In this document: positions 18,021 to 27,959 of the stretch, in pieces
How the letters are laid out: every line of letters starts with the position of its first letter
Numbering within the stretch: position 1 is the stretch's first letter
Assembly: GCA_030614005.1 (NCBI GenBank)
Contig: JAUWKS010000005.1
Span: 82,604-114,603, forward strand
DNA: 32,000 nt
Source of the DNA: Candidatus Heimdallarchaeota archaeon
Lineage (GTDB): Archaea; Asgardarchaeota; Heimdallarchaeia; JABLTI01
Reading direction: 5' to 3'
Made by a program: the position numbers and the translations under genes
Notes under the pieces: model-generated
The model's database searches: none
Told to the model about the DNA's origin: nothing
What the model saw: the letters and a program-made list of their open reading frames with translations, nothing else

Positions 18021-19355
18021 TCAATTTGTTTGAATTTTGATTTTTATTCCTAATTTCACCAATCTTCTAAAGAAGAATTTTTCTACATCGGGTTCTTCTA
18101 CTGTTCGGGAAAAATTAATAATAAATTTATCTTTAAAACTAACAATCGCGCAACCATTAGCGATCGTTGAGCTTGGTGCAAGAACAAAGTCGAAATTTTC
18201 TATTTCATTTGCAAAAGCTTCTGGCATGATCACTCTTCCAATATTACTCAATTTTCCTGAATTTTGTTTTTCACCCATTTTTTCAAAGATAATCTTACCA
18301 AATAATCTCTTAATAAAAAGTGGAATAAACCTTACATAAGGATAGTATTCTCCTCTCACATTTCGAGAAATAAATTGTTTGAGATCTCTTTTTGAAGTGT
18401 CTTTTCTTAACGTATGATGAACGATATTTACAATTTCTTCAAAACTATGTTTACCCAATTGAGGATTTATTCCAGGATTAACCATGAAACTGAAATTTCT
18501 CATTGTTTTTGAAGGGAATGGATTTCTGAGATTTACTGGAACAGCTATTCTGATTGGTTTAATATATTTCTTTCTTTTTTCTATTGGGATGTTAAACAGT
18601 GTTTCCTGAAGTGCTTCGATGTAAATGCTGGTTAACAATTCTGTTATTGAGACTTTTTTAGCTCGAGCTATCTGTAAAAGTTGCTTCACAGACATTATTG
18701 CAGAAACGATATGAAATACTCCTGTTTCTACTTTTGTAAAAGGCGCTTTATAACCAGGTCCATTTACTTGTGGATTCGGTAGTTCTTTACCGTAATTGCT
18801 TTTGTAAGAATCATCATATTCTTCTGGGTGAGGTGCTTGGTCAAATCTAAACACGTCCCCCCAATCGTTTGTTCTTACTCCTCGCAAGAAAAGGTAGTCT
18901 GCAATTAATGCTCGTAAGAAGGTTATTCCACCTAAACCATCAGTTAAACAATGATGAAATTCTACAGCAATCCTGTTGTAGTATGCTTTTACTCTAAAAG
19001 GAAAAGTACCTGTTTTGTGAACTGGCATGAATTGAGCAGGGAATTTTGTTTCTGCATGGATAGTTGGAGTATTCCGATTTTCTTCAAAGTAACTCCAAAA
19101 AAAGCCTGTTTTCAATGTTACATTGAAATAAGGAAATCGTTCCATTATTCTGTTTAGAGAAATTTGCAAGTCTGCTAAATTCACACGTTCTTTTAGTGTG
19201 CATGAGACTCGGAAGATATTTGTTGATCGTTCAGATTTCATTAAACTAAAAATAGTTGCTGCGTTATCTAGTCTGTACCACCGATTAGTAAATAATCTCT
19301 TCTGATGTATTTTTGTTACTTTCTTTTCAGAATACAGATGATTTACTTTCGACAA
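18021..19355 (-). CDS. Alcohol acetyltransferase / condensation-fold CoA-dependent acyltransferase
   Basis: WYRLDNAA N-terminus, HHxxxDG motif (FHHCLTDGLGG), VPVNLR..FPSKTMRNF, LSNIG. Confidence 0.85.
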   Translation of the reverse strand: MSKVNHLYSEKKVTKIHQKRLFTNRWYRLDNAATIFSLMKSERSTNIFRVSCTLKERVNLADLQISLNRIMERFPYFNVTLKTGFFWSYFEENRNTPTIHAETKFPAQFMPVHKTGTFPFRVKAYYNRIAVEFHHCLTDGLGGITFLRALIADYLFLRGVRTNDWGDVFRFDQAPHPEEYDDSYKSNYGKELPNPQVNGPGYKAPFTKVETGVFHIVSAIMSVKQLLQIARAKKVSITELLTSIYIEALQETLFNIPIEKRKKYIKPIRIAVPVNLRNPFPSKTMRNFSFMVNPGINPQLGKHSFEEIVNIVHHTLRKDTSKRDLKQFISRNVRGEYYPYVRFIPLFIKRLFGKIIFEKMGEKQNSGKLSNIGRVIMPEAFANEIENFDFVLAPSSTIANGCAIVSFKDKFIINFSRTVEEPDVEKFFFRRLVKLGIKIKIQTN

Positions 19356-19472
19356 TTAAGAGACTACCTATTAAGTTTAGGATATGCCCACTGGCATTTA
19401 GTATGTATTAAAGATTGTTGTTTATTACCTCATTGAAGAGGCAATTTTCAATAGAAAATGAAGTTTACAGTG

Positions 19473-21476
19473 CTATTTTGTAATCCAGATTTGCATTGAG
19501 GAAGGAGTTCGATTTGCCCATAAGTAATACGGGATGGCAATTAATGCTTCATTAGCTTTACTTTTTGCTTTCAATTTAAACACACCATCGAGAATATTTT
19601 CATCAAACTCAGGTACGATTCCTTTAGTAAGATCAATTGATTCATTAGGGATCTGTCTATCGGGATTGTCATTTGATTCAAAACAATAGACAAGTGGACC
19701 TCTGGATAAAGCAATTTTATTTCGATTATTTTTTACTTTTGGATGGGCATGATGAATATTTACTTTTATTGGAAATTCTAATTCAATGACAGATTTTTTA
19801 CTCCAATCTTGAGATATTGGATAGAACTGTGCGCTATTTGGTGAAATATTAGAACCGGTGTGCTGAATTTCCTTTGGATGATGAATAGAATGCACTTTAT
19901 CATTGATTACAATAGTTGGGTTTTGAGTCCAGCTTGGTATTCGAAAATTAATTGTAAATTCTTTGGATTCTGATGATACAACTTCTAATCGTATTTTTCC
20001 ATTATATGGTAATTCAGAATGGATCTTTATCTTAACTGATAGATCATTCTCCAAGCTAATCTTTGTTGAATTGCCAATAAATTGGTGAATCCAAATTTCA
20101 TTAGAACTATGTGAATAGATATACTGACCAATTGAAGCCCAAATTCTTGAAACATTGCTAGGACAACAAGGAGTTGCAAACCAAGCTTCTCGAGACAAAT
20201 TACCACTGGATTCTAGCAAATTACGATAAAGATAGGATGTACCGTTTAAACCAATACCTACTGATAACGCATTGTATACTTGCCATTCTAGAAGATCAGA
20301 ATATTTAGCTTCATTAGTGATTAATGCTAATTCCCAATTAAGAAGGATATTTGCTATCGCTGCACAAGTTTCACAATATGAGTAATCACTATATAATTCA
20401 TAATCTCGACCAAAACCTTCTACTGAACCAAGTGCTCCAATTCCACCTGTAATGAACATCTGCTTTTGAACTAGATGCTCCCAAGTTCGTTGTACTGCCT
20501 GTAAAAGCTCTTCATCACCTGTTTCTTGATAGAGCAGAGCCATGGCAGTAACTAGATATCCCCATCGAACTGCGTGCCCAAATGGACGTTTCATTTTCTT
20601 AATAGGAGCATTTTGTTGATGATACCTCCCAGTGAAAAATTGAAAGAAACTTCTCAAACCAAGAAAAGGTGCTTCTTTCTGATGTTTTGTTTCTCCACCA
20701 AAGAAACTCATTTTCCATTCATTTCTAATTTTCTTCTCTTGCATATCTTTCAAGATATGTTTAGTTCGTTTTTTTTGATCTCGCGCTTGACTAATTATTC
20801 GTAAACCAAAGAAATTTGTTCGACCTCGTTGATTGAGGAAATGAGTTGCTAAATCTAAATATTTCTTTTTCTGAGTTATTCGATATAAGCGTATCAATGC
20901 TATCTCTATTTCTTGGTGACCTGGAGTGAATTTTGGAGAAGCATCCCGAAAATCAGTTACAAGTAAATTTGCTGCTTTTAATGCTATCTCAAGGAATTCT
21001 TTTTTGTATTTTTCTGGTTCATTTGTTTCTATATAACTTACTGCTGCTTCTATCAAATGTCCTAAGCAATATAATTCATGCTCAATTTGTAGATTTGCCC
21101 ACCGTCTTTTTGGAAAGTGAAATTGATTGTAGGTGAAAAGATAGCCATCTTTTTCTTGAGCACTTTGTATTAAGTTAATATATTCTCGAATTATCTTGGA
21201 CAGATTATTATTTTCTTCTGTAATAAGAATTCGCGATGCTGCATCAGCCCACTTGTGAAGATCTGAATCACAATAGAAGAAACCAAAACGATAGCCATCT
21301 TTCAAACCGGCAAGAACCCGAAAATTATCTTGATTATGAGTTTTTTCTAATTGTTCCCATTGATAGAAAATAGCTGTTGAATTATTAATCTCAAAACGCT
21401 TTCTCCAGAAGGTATCGGTTATTTTTACCGATTTAATTTTCAGAGGTTTAGATTTCGAGAATTTTAAGAAATTCAT
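19473..21476 (-). CDS. Glycoside hydrolase family 127 (beta-L-arabinofuranosidase HypBA1-like)
   Basis: DSDLHKW, HELYCLGHLIEAA, GHQEIEIAL, GHAVR, YCETCAAIA and CCPSN Zn/Cys catalytic motifs. Confidence 0.9.
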   Translation of the reverse strand: MNFLKFSKSKPLKIKSVKITDTFWRKRFEINNSTAIFYQWEQLEKTHNQDNFRVLAGLKDGYRFGFFYCDSDLHKWADAASRILITEENNNLSKIIREYINLIQSAQEKDGYLFTYNQFHFPKRRWANLQIEHELYCLGHLIEAAVSYIETNEPEKYKKEFLEIALKAANLLVTDFRDASPKFTPGHQEIEIALIRLYRITQKKKYLDLATHFLNQRGRTNFFGLRIISQARDQKKRTKHILKDMQEKKIRNEWKMSFFGGETKHQKEAPFLGLRSFFQFFTGRYHQQNAPIKKMKRPFGHAVRWGYLVTAMALLYQETGDEELLQAVQRTWEHLVQKQMFITGGIGALGSVEGFGRDYELYSDYSYCETCAAIANILLNWELALITNEAKYSDLLEWQVYNALSVGIGLNGTSYLYRNLLESSGNLSREAWFATPCCPSNVSRIWASIGQYIYSHSSNEIWIHQFIGNSTKISLENDLSVKIKIHSELPYNGKIRLEVVSSESKEFTINFRIPSWTQNPTIVINDKVHSIHHPKEIQHTGSNISPNSAQFYPISQDWSKKSVIELEFPIKVNIHHAHPKVKNNRNKIALSRGPLVYCFESNDNPDRQIPNESIDLTKGIVPEFDENILDGVFKLKAKSKANEALIAIPYYLWANRTPSSMQIWITK

Positions 21477-21564
21477 CAGTTTTCGCCCAAGTTTCTACGT
21501 ATCTAAAGTAAAAATTGATTGACTGATAAGTTTTATTAGTATACTTTCTTACTACTAGTATATT

Positions 21565-22224
21565 ATGAATCGTAAATGGAAAATAGTGATCATTGTTTTT
21601 ACAACAATTGTAATCATAATTGGTAGCATAATGGGAATAATAGTCCTTTTGAATTTACCAGATGGAGATTTGCCACCATCACAAAATGATCCCCCTGAAG
21701 CACCAATTTTATTATTTCCTGTTGAAAACACGGATGTTTTGATAACATTAGATGCTTTCATCTGGGATAATGTATCGGGGTTTTTGCATAATGGCATTGA
21801 TTTTGGTATAAATGATACTGCAACAATAATTGCTTCTTGTAATATGACATGCAATGACAAGAATTTGTTTTATAATGAATTAGGAGGTCATTGGCAAGCT
21901 GGTGCATCGTTCACTATCAACGAGGATTATGAGTTGTTTGTTGCTTTCGAATCCTTTGCTGAGAATGAAACCTTCGGAAATATTCAGCTAGATGCTATTA
22001 TAGTTGAAATTGGACAAGTAGTTACTCAAGGAGAATTGATAGGTAATTTATTGTATCATCGAGCAGGAGCTCACATACACTTCATGTTACAAAAGAATAA
22101 CGAACCTGTTTGTCCCTATCAGTATTTTAGTGCAGATGCGAAATCAATTTTTGATAATCTTTGGGTACAAATAGGTACTAGTTCTATTCCTTGCAATAAT
22201 ACTTCGTTGATTTGTTCTCATTAA
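21565..22224 (+). CDS. Membrane-anchored M23-family metallopeptidase-like protein
   Basis: N-terminal TM, HNGID (HxxxD), VEIGQVVTQGELIG, HIH (HxH) zinc motifs. Confidence 0.75.
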   Translation: MNRKWKIVIIVFTTIVIIIGSIMGIIVLLNLPDGDLPPSQNDPPEAPILLFPVENTDVLITLDAFIWDNVSGFLHNGIDFGINDTATIIASCNMTCNDKNLFYNELGGHWQAGASFTINEDYELFVAFESFAENETFGNIQLDAIIVEIGQVVTQGELIGNLLYHRAGAHIHFMLQKNNEPVCPYQYFSADAKSIFDNLWVQIGTSSIPCNNTSLICSH

Positions 22225-22432
22225 GCTTTTTTTCTTTCTCTTATTGTTTTATCTTGTTCAAGCAACAACATATTTTATCTATGAATTGTCTAATAAATGA
22301 GTGAAAGAATCTTTGGCAAGAAATAGTTGATGATATTATCTCAGAAGAAATAATAGAGAGAATAATAAAGAAACAACTATTAAACTAACCACAAAGTAAA
22401 ATCAGTTAATATCCTTTGGAGTTTGTGTTCAT

Positions 22433-23038
22433 ATGCAAAGAGTAAAGTTCGGAAAGAAAGTTAGAAAATTCATTTCAGAAATAATACCAATTACATATAC
22501 TAAAGACATTTCAACATATTTTGAAGAGATAGAAGAATTTGGAAAATTAGCTAAAAAAATACCTGATCAAGAACAAGAGAAATATGAACAATACTTTGCT
22601 AAACATATGACTCATCAAATCAATTTAGTACAAATTAATTTTAGAAAAATAGAGATGAAATACAGAGATTGTGTTCATAGAACTAGCAAACAATCTGCGA
22701 AATTTAATTCGCTATTTGCAGATCCAAAACTAAAACAGCATATGCGGATATTTTATCAACAAGAATACTTGAAAATTTTGAATCCAATGTACTTCCTTGA
22801 ACAGCTAAAGGAAAATTATAGTAAATATCTTGAAGTTTTGGAAATAACTCAAGCTGAATTCAGTGAATGGTTTTTCTTAGGTAGACTTGATTATTTGAAG
22901 CAAGTATTGCAGCCATATATTGTTGAGAATAAGCATTCTGCAAAAGAAAAGGAAATTTGGATATATAGAAAACACACTCAAGAATTGACACCTGCACGAA
23001 AGAAAAAGATGTTTGAAAAAGCAGGGGTAATCCTCTGA
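22433..23038 (+). CDS. Hypothetical protein
   Basis: 201 aa ATG-started helical ORF; no family recognised. Confidence 0.65.
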   Translation: MQRVKFGKKVRKFISEIIPITYTKDISTYFEEIEEFGKLAKKIPDQEQEKYEQYFAKHMTHQINLVQINFRKIEMKYRDCVHRTSKQSAKFNSLFADPKLKQHMRIFYQQEYLKILNPMYFLEQLKENYSKYLEVLEITQAEFSEWFFLGRLDYLKQVLQPYIVENKHSAKEKEIWIYRKHTQELTPARKKKMFEKAGVIL

Positions 23039-23077
23039 AAACGTTTTTTTTTAACCTAAGATTGTCAGAGGGAACAT

Positions 23078-24388
23078 TTAAACATCTTTAGCAGGAGTCT
23101 CATTATTTGTAAGGCTATCTAAATCTTTTCCAAATACAATGAAATACACTATACCGATTACACCAAAAGCTCCTGCAACGAGGAAATTTACCAGTGGACC
23201 AGCTGTTGTTCCAATATTCCATAAAAATGCCCCACCAAAAGCAGCAATAGAAACAACCAAATCTCTTATGAGATAATATGTGCCAAAGGTGTTTGCTTTT
23301 GCATCTTCCGGAGCAAGATCCATAATCAGTGCTTTTCTTGTAGGTTCACCAAATTCCTTCAAACCCCTGATGACAAAAGCAATTACAAAAAACCAAAATG
23401 AATCGCAGAAAATAAGTATAAACGGAAAAGCAGTGAAGAAGATAAATGTTGTAGCAACAAATGGTTTCTTTCGATATTTATCTGCAAAATATGCAACTGG
23501 AATATAAATTAATACAGCAGTTATCATTTCAATTGTTGTTAGAATTCCAAATTCAACTGTTGTTAGTTTATGAGTATTTACAGCCCAGATAACTACAAAA
23601 GCATAAGGAATCTGTTCAGCAAAACGTATCAATATATCCGATATTAACAAGTTCCATAAACTCGCGGGAATGTTTCGAATAGATTGTATCAATTTTATTG
23701 GCTTTTTATCTTTTTTTTCTGGTTCCTTTACAAAAAACCATTGTAAAATAGTTGCAATAAAAGCCAATCCTATGGCAATTCCGAAAGCAATTCGTAAACC
23801 TGTTGTAGTTCCATAGTAATGAATTAGCAGTCCGCCAAAAATGGGTCCAAGCGCCATTGGCAATCGTCTGATGAGAGAATGCACTGTAACACCCATTGTT
23901 TGTTTTCTTTTCGGGATGATTTTTGAAATCATACTCATTATAGATGGCAAAGAGATAGCAGACCAAGAGATAAACAACAATGCACCAACAAGTACCGCCC
24001 ACCAATATGGAACAAATAGAACAATACTATAACCTATAATAGCCATAATATTGAACACAACTAGTGCTCTTTTATAGCCGATTTTATCACTGACGAATCC
24101 TCCGGGAAAAGAATAGAGTGATGATAAAAGGTTGTCCATACCATTAAGAAAACCAACTGAGAGTATTCCTCCTCCCATTGCTATTAGATAGAGAGGGAGA
24201 AAACGTTCTGCCATTTTTTCACCCATCCCAACTAGGATAACTACACCAAGTAGTGTAAGCATGCTTGGTTTAAAGAAAGAAGACCATCCTTTTTCTTTTG
24301 AAGGTTGAGGTGGTGGTGAATCAGAATTTTCCTCGTGTTCATTAGATTCTTCCATTATTAGTTTCTTGGAAAATTCTTGAGAGGCCAT
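23078..24388 (-). CDS. Major facilitator superfamily transporter
   Basis: About 12 TM; GGFVSDKIGYKRA and ADKYRKKP MFS motif-A loops. Confidence 0.9.
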   Translation of the reverse strand: MASQEFSKKLIMEESNEHEENSDSPPPQPSKEKGWSSFFKPSMLTLLGVVILVGMGEKMAERFLPLYLIAMGGGILSVGFLNGMDNLLSSLYSFPGGFVSDKIGYKRALVVFNIMAIIGYSIVLFVPYWWAVLVGALLFISWSAISLPSIMSMISKIIPKRKQTMGVTVHSLIRRLPMALGPIFGGLLIHYYGTTTGLRIAFGIAIGLAFIATILQWFFVKEPEKKDKKPIKLIQSIRNIPASLWNLLISDILIRFAEQIPYAFVVIWAVNTHKLTTVEFGILTTIEMITAVLIYIPVAYFADKYRKKPFVATTFIFFTAFPFILIFCDSFWFFVIAFVIRGLKEFGEPTRKALIMDLAPEDAKANTFGTYYLIRDLVVSIAAFGGAFLWNIGTTAGPLVNFLVAGAFGVIGIVYFIVFGKDLDSLTNNETPAKDV

Positions 24389-24430
24389 ACTAAATCAATT
24401 CTTAATTTATAATTCATTTCAGTATAAAAG

Positions 24431-24940
24431 TCACTCTTTTCTAACAATACGAATTCTGTCACTTAACTTTGGTCGCTCTTCGGGATAGTTTGATCGAGAA
24501 CGAAAATCCTCTCCAACAATTTTACCTATTGCCCAACAAGACCAATCACGAACTCGAGAGTTTTCATCTTTTGATGCCTGATGAAGATCAGGCATAGCTG
24601 TAATAGCTGTCTTTTCTAATTCACCTAACATTACAGCTGCATGGCTTCGAAATTCTTTACTATCATCTCGTTTCAATACATCAATTAATATTGGAACTAA
24701 TTGGCTATTCTTCTCGCCGATTTCACCTAAAGAAAGAGCAGCCCATTTTCTTACTTCCCAATTTTTGTCCTTCAAAGAATTTACAAGAGCTTTTCGTATA
24801 TTCTTGTTCTTTTTTCCCACAGTTCCAAGCATGTAAGCTGCAACAGCACGTGATTTAGTATCGCCAGTTTTCAAATCCTTTAGATACCCTTTGATTTCTT
24901 CACGGCTTACTTTTATGATAGCTTCTGCCATTTCTTTCAC
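24431..24940 (-). CDS. HEAT (PBS lyase-like) repeat protein
   Basis: LKDKNWEVRKWAALSLGEIG, SKEFRSHAAVMLGEL, SKDENSRVRDWSCWAIGKI. Confidence 0.85.
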   Translation of the reverse strand: MKEMAEAIIKVSREEIKGYLKDLKTGDTKSRAVAAYMLGTVGKKNKNIRKALVNSLKDKNWEVRKWAALSLGEIGEKNSQLVPILIDVLKRDDSKEFRSHAAVMLGELEKTAITAMPDLHQASKDENSRVRDWSCWAIGKIVGEDFRSRSNYPEERPKLSDRIRIVRKE

Positions 24941-25068
24941 CGTTCAATAATATTATAACATATCTATCCAATAATCTTTCTCTAAAGCAATTAAAAAAAT
25001 AGCGTTGCATATTTAAATGGCAAACATCTAAATAGTTGCTTGTTTTACAATAGTTTAGGGGATATGTT

Positions 25069-25284
25069 ATGAGTTTAACTGAAAAAATCAACAATTTAAG
25101 TAAAGGTAAAAAAATATTCTATGCCATTTCTTTAGTATTAGGACTAATTGCATTAATTGGTTTCATTCTTATTGCTGTAGGTTTATCTTATAGCTTCAGT
25201 ACTGTGAGTTTTATTGGATACTTGTTAATACTACCTTTTCTAATACTTTTAGCCGGTGTTTTGATAAGTTATGCTCGCATATAG
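25069..25284 (+). CDS. Small 2-TM membrane protein
   Basis: 71 aa with two hydrophobic helices; fills an otherwise empty gap. Confidence 0.6.
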   Translation: MSLTEKINNLSKGKKIFYAISLVLGLIALIGFILIAVGLSYSFSTVSFIGYLLILPFLILLAGVLISYARI

Positions 25285-25328
25285 CATCAGAATCTGATGT
25301 ATTTATTTTTTTCAAGATACATTATTCC

Positions 25329-26186
25329 TTAATATTTCAGCGGAACATCATACTCAATGGACTCTATTTTGAATTTAACATACTTGTAATCACCTGATTC
25401 GAGATTCCATTCCACCTCAACATCAAATGGGATCCTCATACCTTTGATTTCTCGATAATCTCTGTAATAACCAGTCCAATTCTCTAAAGTAGTTTCATAG
25501 TATCTTTTTGATTTGAATTGCGTAATTTGACCTTCTTCATTAAAAAAGAAAACACTTTCAACAGTAATATTGTGATCTGTTAGGATTGCTTTAGCTGAAT
25601 TGCTATCAATTGGTTCCCACCTAAGATTATCTGAGGGCAAAAGAGCAGTGGGAAACAAAGGTGCTTCCCCTAGCCAACGTAAGAGTTCACCTTGATTAAA
25701 TTCCTCGCCTTTTCCATCTACTATTTTAATCAGTGATAACAATTTCACTTTGAGATTGCCGATACCTCCAATATAGGAGTCTTTTGCTAAAAATAGCGCT
25801 GTTTTCCCAATCCAAATGAAACCTGGTTTTTGTGTGGTAAAATATTCCTCTCCTTTAATGTTAACCCAACTATCTTTTGGCCTAAACTCTCCTCTATGCA
25901 ATAATCTGACATAACTAATAAATGATTGATTTTCAGTTAAGGAATATCTAAAGTATCTTTGAACAGGTTCTGGCAGCTCTTCGATTAGCTTTGAGGTATA
26001 TTTTTGTTCAGAGATATTTGATAGTGAGAACAGCTTTTCAATTTCCTTTTTGAATTTTTTCTTTGTCAAAACATCACCAAGTAATTCTATTGGTTTCAAA
26101 TCAAATTCAATTCTTCTAGCACTTATAATTATGCTGATATTTTCAGTTTTTAGAATACTTAGCAAGCATAGCTTTGTATCGATCAC
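25329..26186 (-). CDS. DUF6544/DUF6920-like protein (true start probably downstream, e.g. TTG of LKPIEL)
   Basis: LPEPVQRYFRY, GFIW, QGELLRWLGEAPLFPTALL, LRWEPID, IPFDVEVEW. Confidence 0.75.
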   Translation of the reverse strand: MIDTKLCLLSILKTENISIIISARRIEFDLKPIELLGDVLTKKKFKKEIEKLFSLSNISEQKYTSKLIEELPEPVQRYFRYSLTENQSFISYVRLLHRGEFRPKDSWVNIKGEEYFTTQKPGFIWIGKTALFLAKDSYIGGIGNLKVKLLSLIKIVDGKGEEFNQGELLRWLGEAPLFPTALLPSDNLRWEPIDSNSAKAILTDHNITVESVFFFNEEGQITQFKSKRYYETTLENWTGYYRDYREIKGMRIPFDVEVEWNLESGDYKYVKFKIESIEYDVPLKY

Positions 26187-26610
26187 TGCTATCTTTAGAT
26201 ATGGAACTATCTTCTAACCATGATTTTATGTGAACTAATCGCGTTGCAATCCAAGAGAAATCTTTAGCATCGAAAGCAAGAGCTAATTCCCATTCAGTAG
26301 CTATTAAATGAGCTTGATCCACTTTTTCAGATTCTGAAAAAAGCAAGCTCGCACTTATTTTCAAACCCATTTTTTTCAGTTCATTTAACTCGATAATTTC
26401 ATGTATTAGCAACCATTTAGATTGTAGAACATCGTCAAGTGTGATAGTATCACCAGATGGTGCTTCACCTTCGAAATAGTCAATTAATTCTTGAGCATAG
26501 ATTTCTTTTATTGGATAACTATATTTCAATAAAAGTGTGTGAAAAACATCTATTTTTTTCTGAATGTTTACTAGAGCATTTTTATTGTTGGATTGATTTG
26601 TATCAGCCAT
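26143..26610 (-). CDS. Conserved hypothetical protein with HExxE motif
   Basis: LIHEIIELNELKKMG...AHLIATEWEL; ATG at 26610 (MADTNQ) preferred over the track start at 26640. Confidence 0.65.
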   Translation of the reverse strand: MADTNQSNNKNALVNIQKKIDVFHTLLLKYSYPIKEIYAQELIDYFEGEAPSGDTITLDDVLQSKWLLIHEIIELNELKKMGLKISASLLFSESEKVDQAHLIATEWELALAFDAKDFSWIATRLVHIKSWLEDSSISKDSSDRYKAMLAKYSKN

Positions 26611-26861
26611 TCTTAACAAAGAAGTAATGATATAATTCAATTGAAATAATTATTGGTGAATGAATCTGGTTGCTCATCTGGAAAAGAGCTGCAACATTAT
26701 TCGAGTCAGAAACATCATCTATTAAACACAAAACATTTTCCTGAATAATGATTTTTTTAGAAAAATGGTTTGAAAATATCTGTTATTCGCTTTGCAACAA
26801 CAGTAACATAAATAATAGAATGGTGAATGTTCAGAGTTAGCGAATTTAGGATAGAACAAAA

Positions 26862-27959
26862 TTGACTGATAAAAAACGATTTTCTTTACTATGTCCCCAT
26901 TGTAAGGATAATATTGCCTTTGAATTAAGTGTTGAAGATTTAGAAAATAGTTATTCCGGAGAAACAGCAAAAATAACTCTCGGTTCTCATGGAAACCCTG
27001 CACATACAGTAGATGTTTATATTGATCGTGATGGTCTCGTTCGTTCTGCATTTGCGAATTTTGCTTCCGTTGAATCCAAGGTTTCACTTCAGAATACCTA
27101 TATTACAGATGCTACCAGTGATCTCAATCCTCAAGAAGGACGAGCAATCGGAGTCAAAGTTGTTCCTTATACCGTTACTATTGATGATAGTCCACCAAAA
27201 AAATACAATGAAGAAATATTTTTTTCAGAAGTCTATGATGGCCTAAAAGCAGATAAAAGAGTTAAAAGTCAGCCTGTTTCTGTTGAGTTATTTTTAGAAG
27301 CTTTCAAAACGTCACCACGAGATAAACCAATAATTACTCTCACTGTTAGTCAAAAATACAGTGAAGGATATGATAACGCTATAAAGGCTAAGAAAATTCT
27401 TGCAAAGGAAGAACCCTCTTTTACCAGAAATATCCACATCATCGATTCGAAAACAACTGGTCCAATGATGAAATTAATGATAAACAAAGCCCTCGAAATG
27501 GATGAGGGAGGACAAAACCTCGATGATATAATCGAATATTTGAATTGGATGCGTGAAAAACATTTGACCTATATTTATGTTGATTCATTGAGTGCTCTCA
27601 GAAAAAGTGAACGAGTTGGTAGAGTAACATCATTTTTCGGTAATTTATTAGGTTTAAAACCTGTCATTATTGAAAATGAAAATAATAATGGTGAATTAAA
27701 ACCTTTCAAAACTGTTCGAAGCAAGAAAGCTGCTATCCAAGAAATTGTCAAAGCAATTAGAAAACAATTTGGTTACGTAGAACTTGTTGGAGTAATTATT
27801 TATGGTATCATTATCGATGATGCATTAGAGATGCAAGAGTTGCTAAAAAAAGATTCAAAAACTGAAGACAATGATTTCACCATGGATTTCATTGGTACAG
27901 GTGTAGCAATGCATCTAAGCTATGATGTGCTTGGTATCTCTCTCTATCCCAAATTGTGA
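26862..27959 (+). CDS. DegV/FakB-family fatty-acid-binding protein with N-terminal zinc-ribbon-like extension
   Basis: ITDATSDL, KSQPVS, IIDSKT, VDSLSALRKSERVG, LLGLKPVI, GVAMHL; N-terminal CPHC...SHGNPAH...VYIDRDGLVR. Confidence 0.85.
   Translation: MTDKKRFSLLCPHCKDNIAFELSVEDLENSYSGETAKITLGSHGNPAHTVDVYIDRDGLVRSAFANFASVESKVSLQNTYITDATSDLNPQEGRAIGVKVVPYTVTIDDSPPKKYNEEIFFSEVYDGLKADKRVKSQPVSVELFLEAFKTSPRDKPIITLTVSQKYSEGYDNAIKAKKILAKEEPSFTRNIHIIDSKTTGPMMKLMINKALEMDEGGQNLDDIIEYLNWMREKHLTYIYVDSLSALRKSERVGRVTSFFGNLLGLKPVIIENENNNGELKPFKTVRSKKAAIQEIVKAIRKQFGYVELVGVIIYGIIIDDALEMQELLKKDSKTEDNDFTMDFIGTGVAMHLSYDVLGISLYPKL

Noticed and set aside
22305-22388. Short open frame KNLWQEIVDDIISEEIIERIIKKQLLN*, possibly another 3' remnant
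   Set aside because: Too short and no family motif I can name
26603-26782. Minus-strand open frame of about 60 codons overlapping the start at 26610
   Set aside because: No credible start codon and no recognisable motif
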